DNA of 63,752 bases, the filler included, from Blastocystis sp. subtype 4 (taxonomy: Eukaryota): the NCBI RefSeq assembly GCF_000743755.1. It is 3 parts of 3 records of this genome, joined end to end, with 100 filler letters (N's around TTAATTAATTAA, not from the genome) between each part and the next. Parts side by side here need not be neighbours in the genome. Positions count along the whole stretch, not along the records: positions 43,229 to 63,752 come from NW_014569300.1; 2 more parts are not named here. One strand, given 5' to 3'. The notes under the pieces were generated by a model that searched no databases, had not been told where the DNA came from, and saw only the letters and a program-made list of their open reading frames with translations. This document shows, piece by piece, positions 51,270 through 63,752 of this stretch (its first letter is position 1; each line of letters starts with the position of its first letter). A program made the position numbers and the translations under genes.

Positions 51270-52907
51270 TCTCTCAAGAGGATTAGATCGTCGTGAATCA
51301 ACTAATTATCATTTTCAATAACCAGACATACACTTTCATCAATCTTCTTTTGTTCATACAACCCCGCAATAAAGTAGCAAAAACACTTTATTACCGACTA
51401 CTGTTAATATCCACAAAATCCCCAACCTCTTGAGACGAATCACCACACAATCGCTTAACACTCTGCTTCACATACTGAACCAGAACTTCTTTAGGAATCA
51501 AAATCATTTTGAGTAGCGAATTCACAAAATCAAGGCTCTTGGGAGAGAGATTTAGTTCAAAGAGGAGTCGATAACACAACTCTTCCTGATCATTCTTCTT
51601 CAGAGCATCAACAAGACCACGACCCAAATCAGGATTCAATTCAACAAGGGATGTGAGAGTGGCTGATTTACCAGATGATGCTGCAGAAGCGATGTATGAG
51701 AATAGAGAATGAATCTTGGTTCCATCACTTAGAATCTATGATCACATGAACTCATCATTGTTACTCGATCAATAGCATTCTTGCTTAGCGAAGAAGTCCA
51801 GCATTGTCGTAACTCTTCGGGAGGTTCTTTCGACATGACCTCTTCCTTTGTGATAGGTACATATAAAAAGGAGTTCGAAGAAAGAGAAGGATGAAGAATG
51901 ATAAAATCGTCACGAGTTGGAGTATGAGAGAAGAGAGGACGATCAAATGAGGGAGTATAAAACATAAGCATGTCACTGTGATCCTCAAAAAAGGAAGCAT
52001 ATTCCTCAAGATCCAGTGCATCTAGATAACACAGATCCTTAATTGGTACGAAGGGGATAGGAAGTGTTGACAAAGCAAGAAGAATCCAAGGACATGAAAG
52101 GGAGAATGTCAGGAGAAGATAATTGTTCGCGATAATACTCATGTTTGATGTATTCAACCTTTTGAACAATATCATTTGTCACAGGAAACAAACGAACAAG
52201 TTCACTGATTGCACCAGCCATTTGATCTGCAGAATAAGCCTAATTATTAAAGATAGAGAAAGAGAGTACTAAAACCGAAGGAGAATAGGCATCTCGAGTA
52301 ACAATACTGTAGCAAAGCCAGCGCTCCACATCCACCACACTCTAAGGTTCACAATCACGAAAGTGCCGATACAGCATCTAAAATGTCAAATACCATATAG
52401 AGAAATTTGGATTGGTATTCCTCTTTTCCTGAAGAATCTTCATTCAGCAAAAGAAGAGCTAGGAGTCGCTAAAAGTCAATGAAACCGAAACAAATCCACC
52501 ATTGGCAATGATAACATATTATCTCTCAAAAGAGACGACAATAAGAAATGACATTCTAAGGAATGCGAAGAGAAGGCTGTCTGTCTTGCTTGAGTAAGTA
52601 CCGTTGACAAAGGGTCCTTTGTATTCTACTCAATCTAGTATCATCACAAGTATGTACCTGTAACAACGAGATCAGCAATTTACTCCAAGTACCCATAAAC
52701 AAGGTGCACACCGACTATAATAAACGTTGGAATAAATATTCTCTTGAGGGCACTCGAGATTTGCTTGTTGTCCTCAATACTCAGAATTGAGTAGGGACCG
52801 TCACTATTCTTAAAGAACCGTTTTCGAGTCTTTGAATCGTGGGAATTTCTTTCCCTCTCGATTTTTAGAAACCCGCTATCATTATCAATAGTTGGAATCA
52901 AGAGCAT
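51270..52907 (-). CDS. CNOT11: CNOT11-like (DUF2363) protein; boundaries approximate
   Basis: LVELNPDLGRGLV..LFELNLSPKSLDFVNSLL..IPKEVLVQYV resembles the CNOT11 C-terminal domain. Confidence 0.55.
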
Positions 52908-53335
52908 TTTGTAGTTTTGGATGATAATAAGCTGATGAATAGAAACACATTTGCTGTAGACTATTGCCCTTCATCGCATGAATAGTACAGTTGTCCAAGA
53001 TAGTTCTAGTTCCCCAGAACTATATTATTCGATGACTACGGAAACGAATTCTTCTTTGGTGATAGTTTCCTGTCTTCTTTTATCCTAGATGCTTTCACCA
53101 GTTCCATTAGAGCCAATGCTGTCATCTACCGATACAAGTGAATTCAGCTGGAAGAGATTGATGATTAGCCCTATCCAATTCTTCAAGTGATAGGATGAGT
53201 TGCAAACGGAATTCCTATGCTCTGTCCAATTCTTCCAAGAGTATTCTTGATAAGTTGATATGTTGCTATCTCTCTCCCAATTTATCATGTCCCAACAGCC
53301 CTGGTTGTGATGGTTAATAGATATAATGAATAGTT

Positions 53336-54798
53336 GTGTCACAAGGTTCCACTATTGATACTCGCTCAAATAATAATTCTGATGAAAGTTCTATGATACT
53401 ATTACAGGAAAACAATTTCACCCAACAAGAGTTGAGTCTAGCTCATGTGATTAACAATGCCCTTGCAATGAAATTGGATATTTCTCCTACAGTGCAGACG
53501 AATCGTGATCTATTGAACTGTTTACACTTTCTTCAGTATGCTATTGATCATCAACATGAAGATACAAATTTTGTTCATCTCTATTCAGAATTTTCAAATT
53601 CGGATTTGTATCTTGAACCACTTCCTCCACGGAGGTCATCGTTCGAAATGTTTATGGATTCAATTCAAACCACTCCTTCTGCCACTCCAAATCCACGAGT
53701 TCCACAACCAGTCAATTCTAAGATCGAAAGGGAAGTATCCTTCCCCTCTGGTATTGAAGTGATTGATATTCCTCGTGGAGTCCCTCCCTCATCTTCTTCT
53801 CTGTTGTGTGTTCATTCCAACTTTGTGACTCGATTTGATTCTGTTCCTTCTGGAGAACGTACTCTACAGAGCCAGATTCGTGCTCTGTTGGGAGGTGTTC
53901 ATTGCTCTTTGGATCTGGCGATCCTTCAGCGATGCATCCTTCTCCATCAGTCTTGGGACGAGTGTTTTTCTAGTTAGCATATTACTTGTAGAAACACGAT
54001 TTTCCTTCATTTTCGACAGTGTTCGATAGATTCACTTGATCTTGCTATTCCTCTTCAAACTCTATTTCTATGGTACAATTATCGTTATTCGACACCTCGT
54101 TCCATTCTACATAGGATTGTCCAGCAACTTCTTACATCTCTCTTACCACTCTTCTCTCAGAAACAAACTACCACACGTGGTCGACCGAGAAAACAAACAG
54201 AAGCAGAAAAGATGCGGAATTTGGAATTACAGGAATTACAACAAAATCAGCAAGGATTACTGCTAATCAGCCAGCTATTCTTGTTACGAGAGTTAGTTCG
54301 TGGCATTCGGAATGACAAACGTGGTATTCCATTTGGTCTCGAAGAAGCGTTTGTATGCGACTTGTTGAATAGTTGTTGGAGTAAGAAGTGTATTCTAGCT
54401 TCATCTCCCCATCTGTGGACATATGCAAAGTCACTACTGATTGTTGTTGTGAGTGAATATTGTTATGATTAGGATACGTTATGTGACCTATGGAGTGGTC
54501 AGGATACAGAAGATGGGTATGAGGTATTGAAATTAGGCATCTCCAAGGCTACCCAGGTTTATGAGATTGTCCCTGTAGGATATGTGGAATGAGAATTGAG
54601 AATAGTTCATTCGGAATCAGAACCTTCGAGGAGAAATTATTGATTTCGTGGAAAAGAGCGGGAAATCCTCTTCACCAAACCAGAGATATATTGTCGCTGC
54701 AATTGCTTGTCATAAAACTGTTCGGATACCGAAGACACGTTCAGAAAAGCTACTGGTCATTGAACATTCTTTCTCTTAGTTCTAGTTCGATTTGCTAA
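53336..54798 (+). CDS. Hypothetical multi-exon protein
   Basis: 213-aa ORF plus downstream exon-like ORFs; no recognisable motif. Confidence 0.4.
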
Positions 54799-54904
54799 AG
54801 CGAGTAGCTGACAGGACCCAATAACTGTATCATATTGATGTTCTTTGTTTTGGACACAAGAATCACGGTTTTTACTCTTTTATCAAAGAAGGTTTTCCAC
54901 TTGA

Positions 54905-56953
54905 ATGTTTCGTTTTTCCATTGTTCGACGGTCCTTTTCATGCATTACGTATCGATCAAAGTTATTTGCTCCTACCAAGAAGGTAGTTTTTGGAGTAGTG
55001 TCTTGATCTTTCAGGATACGTCATTGGGTAAATTCGAAATGGCGAGATATGGAAGACTGTTGTTGAAAGGAGGGTATTATCATTGAAGTTTCTGATTACT
55101 GTAGGTATGCTCACCAAACAGAGCCTGGAATGTTTTCTTTTTTACCATTGGGTCAACGTGTGATTGACGAAATGAAGAAAGCTATCGATCTCCGTTTGGA
55201 TGAAGTTGGTGCTCAGAAAATGCAAATGCCGGTTCTGCAGAATCTGAATCGCTGGGACCAAACAGGACGACGTGAAAAGATGGGGAAGGAATTATACACA
55301 TTGAAGGATCGAAAGGGACAAAGCTACTGTCTTAGTCCAACGAATGAAGAAGTCATCACAAGTATTGTCAAAGATTTGGCAATTCCAGCAGATTATCCGA
55401 TGATTCTCTATCAGACATCTTCCAAATTTCGTGATGAAAGACGTATCTTCTCCAGTGTGTTGCGTAGCAAAGAGTTTTTGATGATGGATGCCTATTCGTT
55501 TGACAAATCGATTCAAGAGGCGTCAGCAACCTTTGATCGTATGGATCAGTGTTTCAAGAATATTTTCAGCGATCTTGAGATTCCTGTGGAGAGTTTGGAA
55601 GCAGATTCAGGTGTGATGGGTGGAAATAAATCCCGTGAATATCAGTGCCTTTGTGGAATCGGTCAGGATACAGTTGTGAAGTGTTCCAATTGTAATTACA
55701 TGTCATTGCATCCATTATCCACTTCTGTTTCACCGTCAATTCCATTTTTTGAATCGGAGTCATTTCAACATTTGCGACAGGATTTGGAGGTATTAACGAG
55801 TAAAGAAGATTTTATGGCAATACTAGATCAGCATGGAGAGATTATGGAATTGATGGATGTGTATTCGTTGCCCTCTCTTCACAAACAAGTACTTGTTCCT
55901 CGTGGACGTTGTGTAAATGTGAAAGAATTGGCCTCAGATACTACTGATAAAGTGAATCAACTTGATCATGCAACGGAGGTTGAGATGATAGGAAAGAATG
56001 ATTCTTAGTTCCTTGTAGATACCTCGTTATCGGAGTTATTCCCACCCCAACTGGCTTCACTCTATCACGTAAGCAATCTTCCTCATTCATAATCACAGAT
56101 CAAAGTGGGCGATTTTTCTCTCCCAGCTGAAGGAGACGAGTGTGTACATTGTCATGCTCATCAACAGAACCGCGGTTCCATTCAGCTTCTCCCAAGTGTT
56201 GAACTCGGTCACATGTTCTTACTGGGTGACCGATACAGTGGATCTCTGGATCTTCATTGTCCTTCAGGGAATGTTATGATGGGATGTTATGGTTTGGGAT
56301 TAAGTCGAATGATGGGAGCTTTGTTCCAGTTATATGGATATAACAGTGGCGTGTTGTTTCCAGACGCAGTAACAACCTACGATGTAGTGCTTGTGAACAT
56401 TGCAAAGAGTGAACAATCTCGAAAGGTCATGATTGAATTACTGGATGCATTGGGTGATGTGAGAATCATAATGGTGTTTGATAATTAGACGAATTCTATT
56501 CGAGTACTGTTTGATGATCGTGATCAGTTATCTCTTGGAGCAAGATTAACTGATGCCGAGTTGGCAGGTGTTCGTGTGGCAGTGATTGTAGGTAAAGATT
56601 CGGAAGCAAATGGAGATATGGATATTCGCTTGTTGCATAAACCGTTGATTCAAGATGTCTTGTTTAAGCGAACAAGTGATACTGTGGGAGATATCCATCC
56701 AGTACTACGACGTAAAGTAGAATCATTTGATTTCCAACGATTGGAACAGTTGGGATATAAACTGAAGAATGAGAATGGATCACAAGGAATGAAGGATGAT
56801 GGATTTATGATTCGAAGCTCATTTGGAAATGTGTATTGGAATCTGATTCAGACTCTATCATGTATCAAAACATATAGTTCGAAACCTTTGGGATTGCTTT
56901 CTTATGATTGTTATTATAAACAATTGTTAATGAATTCTTGCCCCAGATCCTGA
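54905..56953 (+). CDS. PARS2: Organellar (bacterial-type) prolyl-tRNA synthetase
   Basis: MFRFSIVRR presequence; GMFSFLPLG, LKDRKG..CLSPTNEE, KFRDERR, LRSKEFLMMDAYSFD, VELGHMFLLG, MGCYGLGLSR. Confidence 0.92.
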
Positions 56954-58262
56954 TTCCGTTACAATTAAGATATCACAACTATTCTGTCTCTTCAAACGCT
57001 TATCACACATTTCCTGAATGCGAGGAATTAAACTCGTTTCTTTTCCCTTCTCAATCAAACATAAGATTGAACCTCCCCATCCTCCTCCAAGCATTCGTGC
57101 ACCATATACACCATCCTCTTCTAGTTCACGTAGGACCTCAATACATGTTGTGATATCTGGATGCCCATTCTGGAAAAAATCACGGGAATCATCATACGAC
57201 TCAAAGAACAGACGTCCAATCTCTTTCCAATTTCCAGCCAGAATCAAATCCACATAGGACAAAGTACGTTGAGTCTCTCGAATCATCTACCCATCACTCT
57301 CTTTCTCATTTCTCACATGATAGCACCGATCATACACATTCTTTGGCATCTCCTCCTTCATATTTGCTAGCATCTCCAGTGTTGGCCCACGACATAATGC
57401 CTTTACGGGTTCCTCTCCATTTACATTGTATTTCTCCTTCAGTAACCTTTCACCTTCCAAACATTCTTTCACTCGTTCTGTATACTGGCTATTCACCAGT
57501 TTGTGTTCTACATGCACAAAAAGTTTTAGAATTGTCACTGGCCACTCACGATGAGTGTCAGTCGAGGTAGAAGCAGGATTGATATCAAAATGAGTGATGT
57601 CATGTGAAATGCAATCGATAAGAGATATCTTTCCATATTGGCCACACGAAGAGATCAACTGATCCATTACTCCACAAGGCATCTGCACATATTCATGTTC
57701 GGCATGATACCCACGCATAGCACGGTCCTTAGGATCCATCTGAATGCCAAGGCACTGTTCAATAAAGAGACACATTGAAATCTACATATCAAGTACTTTC
57801 ATCAAACCAACTTCAACAGCAGCAGAACTACTGATTCCACCGCCAATTGTTACGTTGGATACATATACAACATCATAACCCAAATAACCATTTGGCATTT
57901 CAGGAAGATAGAAGTGCGTAACACCTTTAAAATAATTGCCCCATTCTCCCTTAGGGCCCCGTTTCAGAGAATCATCCCCATCAAACTCTATCATCTCCTT
58001 AAAGCTCTCCGAGTAAACACGACATCTCTATCCATCAGATAGGCATATCGACTAGCACCTTTCCTTCGACTCTACGACCGGCAACTACACCAACCAGAAC
58101 AGTTGGGAATGGAAGTACATAACCACCCATGTAGTCACAGTGCTCTCCACCAAAGTTCAATCGACCAGGAGCCGAGGTGATAATTTCGGCTTCCCCACCA
58201 TAGACCTGCTTAAACAGGTACTTAGATCGAGAGATTAAAGAGTCAATGTTCTCAGAACTCAT
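56927..58262 (-). CDS. GALK: Galactokinase (GHMP kinase)
   Basis: APGRLNFGGEHCDY, GGGISSSAA, PCGVMDQ, GARMLGGGWGG. Confidence 0.9.
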
Positions 58263-58354
58263 AGTAACTTTGACGGCTCTGTAATCTGAGAAATGAGAAA
58301 AATACATTGACCACGGTTATTTCATGTAAGTGATCACTCGTTAACAAACACATG

Positions 58355-59100
58355 AATCTTCTAATTTCTCCATGCTTGATACCAGAGCATCACATTGGCT
58401 GAGTGCAGACTGAAGTGTGGTGATCAAGTTCTACTAATTAGGCTCTCCACAGTCACTTACATTTAGCTGAATCGAATTCAAGACTTTTGAGATTGTTTCT
58501 TCACTTCCATCTACATCTTTATACTAGAAGGAAAGAATAATGGAATCAAGTACAGTAAATATCACATTATAGTACACTTTGTCACTAGCAAAACTGACGG
58601 CTGGTTGTTCGAACTCGATTCCGCTACTAGGATCTACTAATGCACATTTGACTCCAACTAGGGTCGGTAACGATGGTTCTGAATGTAAAAGGGAAAATAG
58701 GACATACTTGAAGAATCGAGACTCTTTCGCATTTGGAGATACTTTGACTCATATACATCTGAAACAATGGAAACTTGCTCACTAGGCCAATCAAGCTGTT
58801 TAGTATATGCTCTGACTCTTATATAGTCCAATCATTCAAACATTAGTTCTTCTTTAGATAGTCCACGTTTGGCCGCCTGAAGAAACAGAATTGATAATGC
58901 TTCTTGAATCATTTCATTTTCTTTTGTTTCCTGTTTTGAATCATCTTTAAATCAAAATAGAATAATATTATCCACTTTCCTTATCATCTCCCAGCACTTT
59001 TGCAACTACGCCCTGAATAAAGGATTCAAGAGTGTGGTCATCCGTAAATTCTTTCAATCGAAATAGATTCAAAGATTCAAGGCACCGTCTTGACAATTCC
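58355..59100 (-). CDS. COMM-domain-like protein; stop probably completed by poly(A); start approximate
   Basis: LPTLVGVKCAL...YYNVIFT|YKDVDGSEETISKVLNSIQLN|NLITTLQSALSQCD resembles a COMM domain. Confidence 0.4.
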
Positions 59101-59198
59101 ATTTGTTACTGAAGAATCCTTTCCTCTCAAATAGGCTCCAAAATTGTTTGTATGATAACAAACATACCATTCTACTGTCCAGATGAACAATCCAACAC

Positions 59199-59861
59199 TT
59201 ATTCCTCAGGAACCTCGATCTCACCATTATCGATCTTCTCAATGATGGCAGAAGGATGCTCTCCATTCACAGTGCAGCCCACAGAATAACAAGTTCCCAA
59301 CACCTCCTTCACAGTTCCAGCAAGCTTGTTAGCATAGGAACGCTCACGGAGAATCTTAGCTACCTTGATCACCTGATCAAGAGTGATGTTTCCACTGTGC
59401 TTAACTAATCATCAATTAACTCTATTCACTCTCTACTGTTCTTGTCCTTCTTACGATCTCTGGGGGGCTCGTTCAGCTCACGAATGATCAGAGAAGAAGC
59501 ACTAGGAACAACTTCCACCTACATATTATTACAATCAATTCACACATTACAGTAGCCTGACGGTTCACCACAGTCAGCTTCACAGTGATCTTCAGACCTT
59601 TCCAATCCATAGTGGCCTTCTGGATATCATCACCAACCTTCTTAGGAGCCTAAGCAATCAATCTCCTTGTCTGTTTCCTATACCATTCCCAGAGGACCGA
59701 CCTTAGGAGCCAGAGTTGCAGGAGAAGCACTTTCTCCACCAACAGCACGCAGATAAACTAGCAAAAAGATTAAAAAAAGAACAAGACATCATCATAACAA
59801 CCAACAAGTCTCTAGACAACGTACTGATAGTTGCTGGACCAGCAGGAGCAGGAGGAGCCAT
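59199..59861 (-). CDS. RPL12: 60S ribosomal protein L12 (uL11)
   Basis: [64 protein letters not shown]. Confidence 0.95.
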
Positions 59862-60029
59862 TTTTACAATCAGTAAACGGTTCTAGACAACAATAAGAAT
59901 AGAGTTGTGATCTAGGGGTGAAATAGCAATCATAGGGAACTATTCATAGGAGCTCCATGTTACCCCTGGACGAGATTTGACTCCCATCAAACGAAATGTG
60001 AAAAAAGAAACAAGTGATACCCAGACCAA

Positions 60030-60819
60030 TTACTCTTCTCCATCACTATCACTCAAATCTGCAAATCGATTTGTTGATCTCTTTCTCAGAATCCTATTCT
60101 AACAGAACGGAAGAACTCCTACTCGTCCTCATGTTCTTGTTTCGAAAGTGTAGGAACCGGCTTTGTGATCTGGTTAAAAGCGACACTGTTCACTTTATAA
60201 CGGAATCTGAATGAATGTGGAATCTTCCAGAGGGATTTAAGTTTCATTCTACCACTTACTAGTCAAGCATAATCGACTACTCAATCTTATTAATGGCTTG
60301 TTCGAAGGTGGCAGTATGGTTCCAAACGCTGAAAACACAGTTCCAACGCTTCACAGACACAGAAACACCACAGATCTCACTACCTACATCAAATTGCTCA
60401 CCGATTGTAGTTAACAACTATGTGTCATCCATGAACACCAGAATCAACAAGAAGTTCCCACATGTATGGAGCCAGTTCCTTCTTATATATAGAAACAGTA
60501 ATACGCCCACCTTTACGATTTCTTTCATGTTCCCATGTCGGTTCAATCTTGTTCTACGTTTCAACCCAAGACTAATAAACTACTTTAAAAAGATAGTAAT
60601 GAGTAGCTTTTCCCGTTCCGATTTTTGGAAGGGACAAATAGATCCTCCAGAAATCCTCCACTGTCCGACACAAGCCAAGATCTTCTAATGAATCCGCATA
60701 TGATGTCTAGAGGAATAAGAACATGAACAATGGAATACTCCATCGGTTGACTCCATTGATCTCCAAAACCGATAGTAATTACGAAGTCGGTGTGTAACAG
60801 GTGCTTCTGTTGTTTCCAT
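60030..60819 (-). CDS. eIF4E family cap-binding protein (class II-like)
   Basis: HRLRNYYRFW..SYADSL..TVEDFWRIY..YYLFK|NKIEPTWEHERNRKGGR..TIGEQF..ICGVSVSVK..FSVWN. Confidence 0.88.
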
Positions 60820-60936
60820 AACGGATGAACAAAAAGTAGAATCAAATAGTAAAGAAACAAATGTGACAAGTATTATGAACTGATTGGTCCTTATTCCTAG
60901 TTGAATAACATAGAGAAAAAGGCACCCTTAAGCCAA

Positions 60937-61933
60937 CTATTCGTACAAGATTGGAGTTACGACGACTCCTCTGTTCTCAAAATAGGATTTCCCTACAATA
61001 AAACGTCCAAGAATCGCTACTTCAAGAATTTCCTTAAATCGACCCTCTTTGTTCCATTTGGCTCTACAATTATCTCCAATTTCTACATTTTCATTAGCAT
61101 ACAACCCATTACCCGCAATTACATTATTCGCTAGCAAAAGAATCTGCAACGATTCAATACCTATGATTAATCGTTATGTCCAATAATACCTGCAAGACCG
61201 TCATCCACATATATAATGTGATTTGAGTTTGCATACAATGCTTTCAAATGAGTTAGTGAGGAAATCGATCGTGGGATCTCTTTTAATTGATTACTATCAA
61301 TTGCCAGTATTTCCAAGTTTTCTAATGTTCCCAAGGATTCAGGAAGCGACTGAATATGATTACTCCCAAGAATCAGCGTTCGGAGGGATTTCAGTTTACC
61401 AATAGATTCTGGGATACTCTTAATTCATAATACACAACTTAATCTTACCGTTAATCCACAGTTAGCTAGATATAGGACTTCAAGTCGTTCCCATTGACCT
61501 GAAAAGTCAGGAAGAGACTGAATGTTATTCTCAGACAAGTAAAGATATTGGAGCTGAGATAACTCCAACAAAACAGTTGGAAATCCAGTGAACCGATTAT
61601 CTTCAAGATACAACGTCTGTATGTCGGTCAATTGGCTGATCTCCATAATACAATAATTCAACAACTTACTTCATCAGGAAGAACCTCCAACGAATTATTG
61701 CTTAAGCTGAGTACATGAAGAGGACTGTGTGAAAAACAAGAGATTCCATCGATAGAATGCAACACATTATCATTTAACAGTAACTGCTCTGTTTTTGCAA
61801 TATTCTCGTTTGTAACATTATCACAGATGATCTGAATATTTCCCTTGAATTGTGGTGCTCTATTAGATGAAGAAACAATTCTATCCTAACCGTCTCATAA
61901 ATGCAAGAATCACTCTTTCATCTTTTGGATCAT
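60937..61933 (-). CDS. Leucine-rich-repeat protein
   Basis: LHVLSLSNNSLEVLP, IQTLYLEDNRFTGFP, LQYLYLSENNIQSLP, LEVLYLANCGL. Confidence 0.8.
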
Positions 61934-62195
61934 TGAATATATCGGGAATCTCACGATGATCACGAACGACGAACATAGTAGAAAAGGATCACAATGAGAT
62001 CTATCAACTGATTAAAGAGAATCAATCCTCCTACTATCCAGTGGAAAGTACTATTGCTGAGAATCACAATAGGTTCAAGAGTGAATAAATGGCCCCTAAT
62101 TATACCTCCGTAGTATTCGATTCTAGGTCCATCCTGGCCGTTATCTTTTATCACTCAACAAAGATAGTTACCCATTTGCTATTTACTAGTGAGTT

Positions 62196-62650
62196 ATGCC
62201 TTTCAAGCGCAGGTACGAAATGACTTAATTGCTGCTACCATTGAATTGGAGATGAGTAGTTTTTGACTCTATGTAGAAATCATGGTCGTTCTAAGAAGGG
62301 AAGAGGTCATGTGAACCCTGTTCGTTGTACCCATTGCTTCCGTTGTGTGGGAAAGGTAGGAATTGTAAAGGTACACAATGAAGAATAGGATAAGGCCATC
62401 AAGCGTTTCCAAGTGAGGAACATGGTTGATGCTTCCTCACAGAGGGATATTCGTGATGCTTCAGTCTATGAACGTGGGATTTAGGAGTACACAAAGTAAT
62501 GGGCTAGAATACACTCTTCCCAAGCTGTACATCAAGCAGCAGTACTGTGTGTCGTGCGCTGTCCACGGTCGTGTGGTTCGTGCCCGTAAAGTGGCTGACA
62601 GACGTATTCGTGAGTTTGTCCGTCCCCAGTTCAAGGGAGAGCGTGCGTAA
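62196..62650 (+). CDS. RPS26: 40S ribosomal protein S26 (eS26)
   Basis: [54 protein letters not shown]. Confidence 0.95.
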
Positions 62651-62702
62651 TAACTGGATTCACTCACAAATGTGGTAATAGAAGCTGTTTGTTCCTCACA
62701 TT

Positions 62703-63470
62703 ATGCTCCGAGTTCTTTGCAGAAGTTTCAGTTCGAAATCCCCAGAATTCTATGCTACTGGGTTAAAGAAACATCAACTCTTCGCCATGATTGATGCAGA
62801 AGTATGCAGTTCTTCGTCTTCTATCACATTGTAGGGCAATGTCTTTAACGAAGCTAACGGAAATGCCTATTTCGATGCAACGTCTCCCAGTAAGGAGTTA
62901 CAGTTTTGGAGGAACTTGAGGAAAAATAACGTCAGAATCAATGAGGACTATCCGTATGTGTCTCGAATTGATAATAACTTTGTGTTTGTGTCTGTAGGAT
63001 TCGATTGTCCCTATGACTCATAGTCAGCAGATAAGCCCATTGTATTTCACAGTTACATTAGTCGCAATGTATCGATTCTAAGAGATGAACATGTTATTGT
63101 TGATGAAGACGTGAAGGATGCAAAAACAAAGCATGGTGTTCTTATTTACGGTTGTAATCTTGCTATTCCGTTCATTCCCAAGTATTTATCCATCAATGTA
63201 GATTCCAGTACCATTATCTGAGTGGTTGAGTTGTAGAGTATCTCTATTTCCCATTAATGAACACCCATTTAGGCGGATTAGGAAAACTGAATTCGTCATT
63301 GGAAACATATTTTAAACAATTTGTAGTTTTATATCCATGGTTATTATATAGGTTTCCGAAAACTCCAAATCAGAACGCAGTGGATACATGTTCCATTTCA
63401 TCAACAGGGACTATGATATGGAATCTGTCGAGTTAAGTGGAATTCAAAGTCATTTCGGTTGTTCTTGTTG
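62703..63470 (+). CDS. UPF0598/C8orf82 (DUF4505)-like protein with presequence; end approximate
   Basis: MLRVLCRSF; IDAE|GNVF..LQFWRNLRKN..EDYPYVS..NFV..ADKPIVFH. Confidence 0.5.
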
Positions 63471-63752
63471 TTCTAAATGACACAATTTGATGGTCTATAG
63501 TTATCAACTCACATAGTATGAACCACTATACGTATTAGCCCACATTTTCAGTTATAGTTCATTTTGAGCCCGACTGGGCTGTAGCTCCTCAAAGGGTTTT
63601 TTCAAGAGTCGGTACAGGGATCAGAACGATATTTGAAGATGAATGGAGTAGAGTGGAGAATGAAGTGGAAAGAGTACTTGAAAGAGAGTGTATTGAATGA
63701 TAATAAGAATTGTATGTTGAGTTTGAATGTTGATAAAGGAGAAATGAGAGGA

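Overview
Gene-dense eukaryotic scaffold with about 40 genes, mostly ~30-nt GT-AG introns, very short intergenic spacers and two N-gaps. A TGTTTGTT motif follows many 3' ends, and in several genes it sits exactly 5 nt after an in-frame T, so the stop codon is apparently completed by the poly(A) tail. These traits are typical of Blastocystis (inferred, not searched). Housekeeping genes: Nup98, rpSA, rpL10a fragment, rpL12, rpS26, U2AF65, SRPK, DBP7, WDR83, RED, CNOT11, eIF4E, MDH, galactokinase, urocanase and tRNA-Ile(UAU). Organelle-type genes: bL28, ProRS and a helical-repeat protein; PRORP is also present. Bacterial-like enzymes carrying introns: Fe-S L-serine dehydratase and an L-fuconolactonase-like amidohydrolase. 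The most unusual items are a FAM210/DUF1279 protein fused to a 32-Cys metallothionein-like repeat, a plant-type FLZ zinc-finger microprotein, a hidden in-frame 39-nt AT-AC minor intron, a palindromic bidirectional 3'-end signal that supplies both stops of a convergent gene pair, a degenerate PsuG-PsuK fusion and a Nup98 that ends exactly at its autocleavage site. All gene models were spliced by eye, and family calls rest on remembered motifs rather than database searches.
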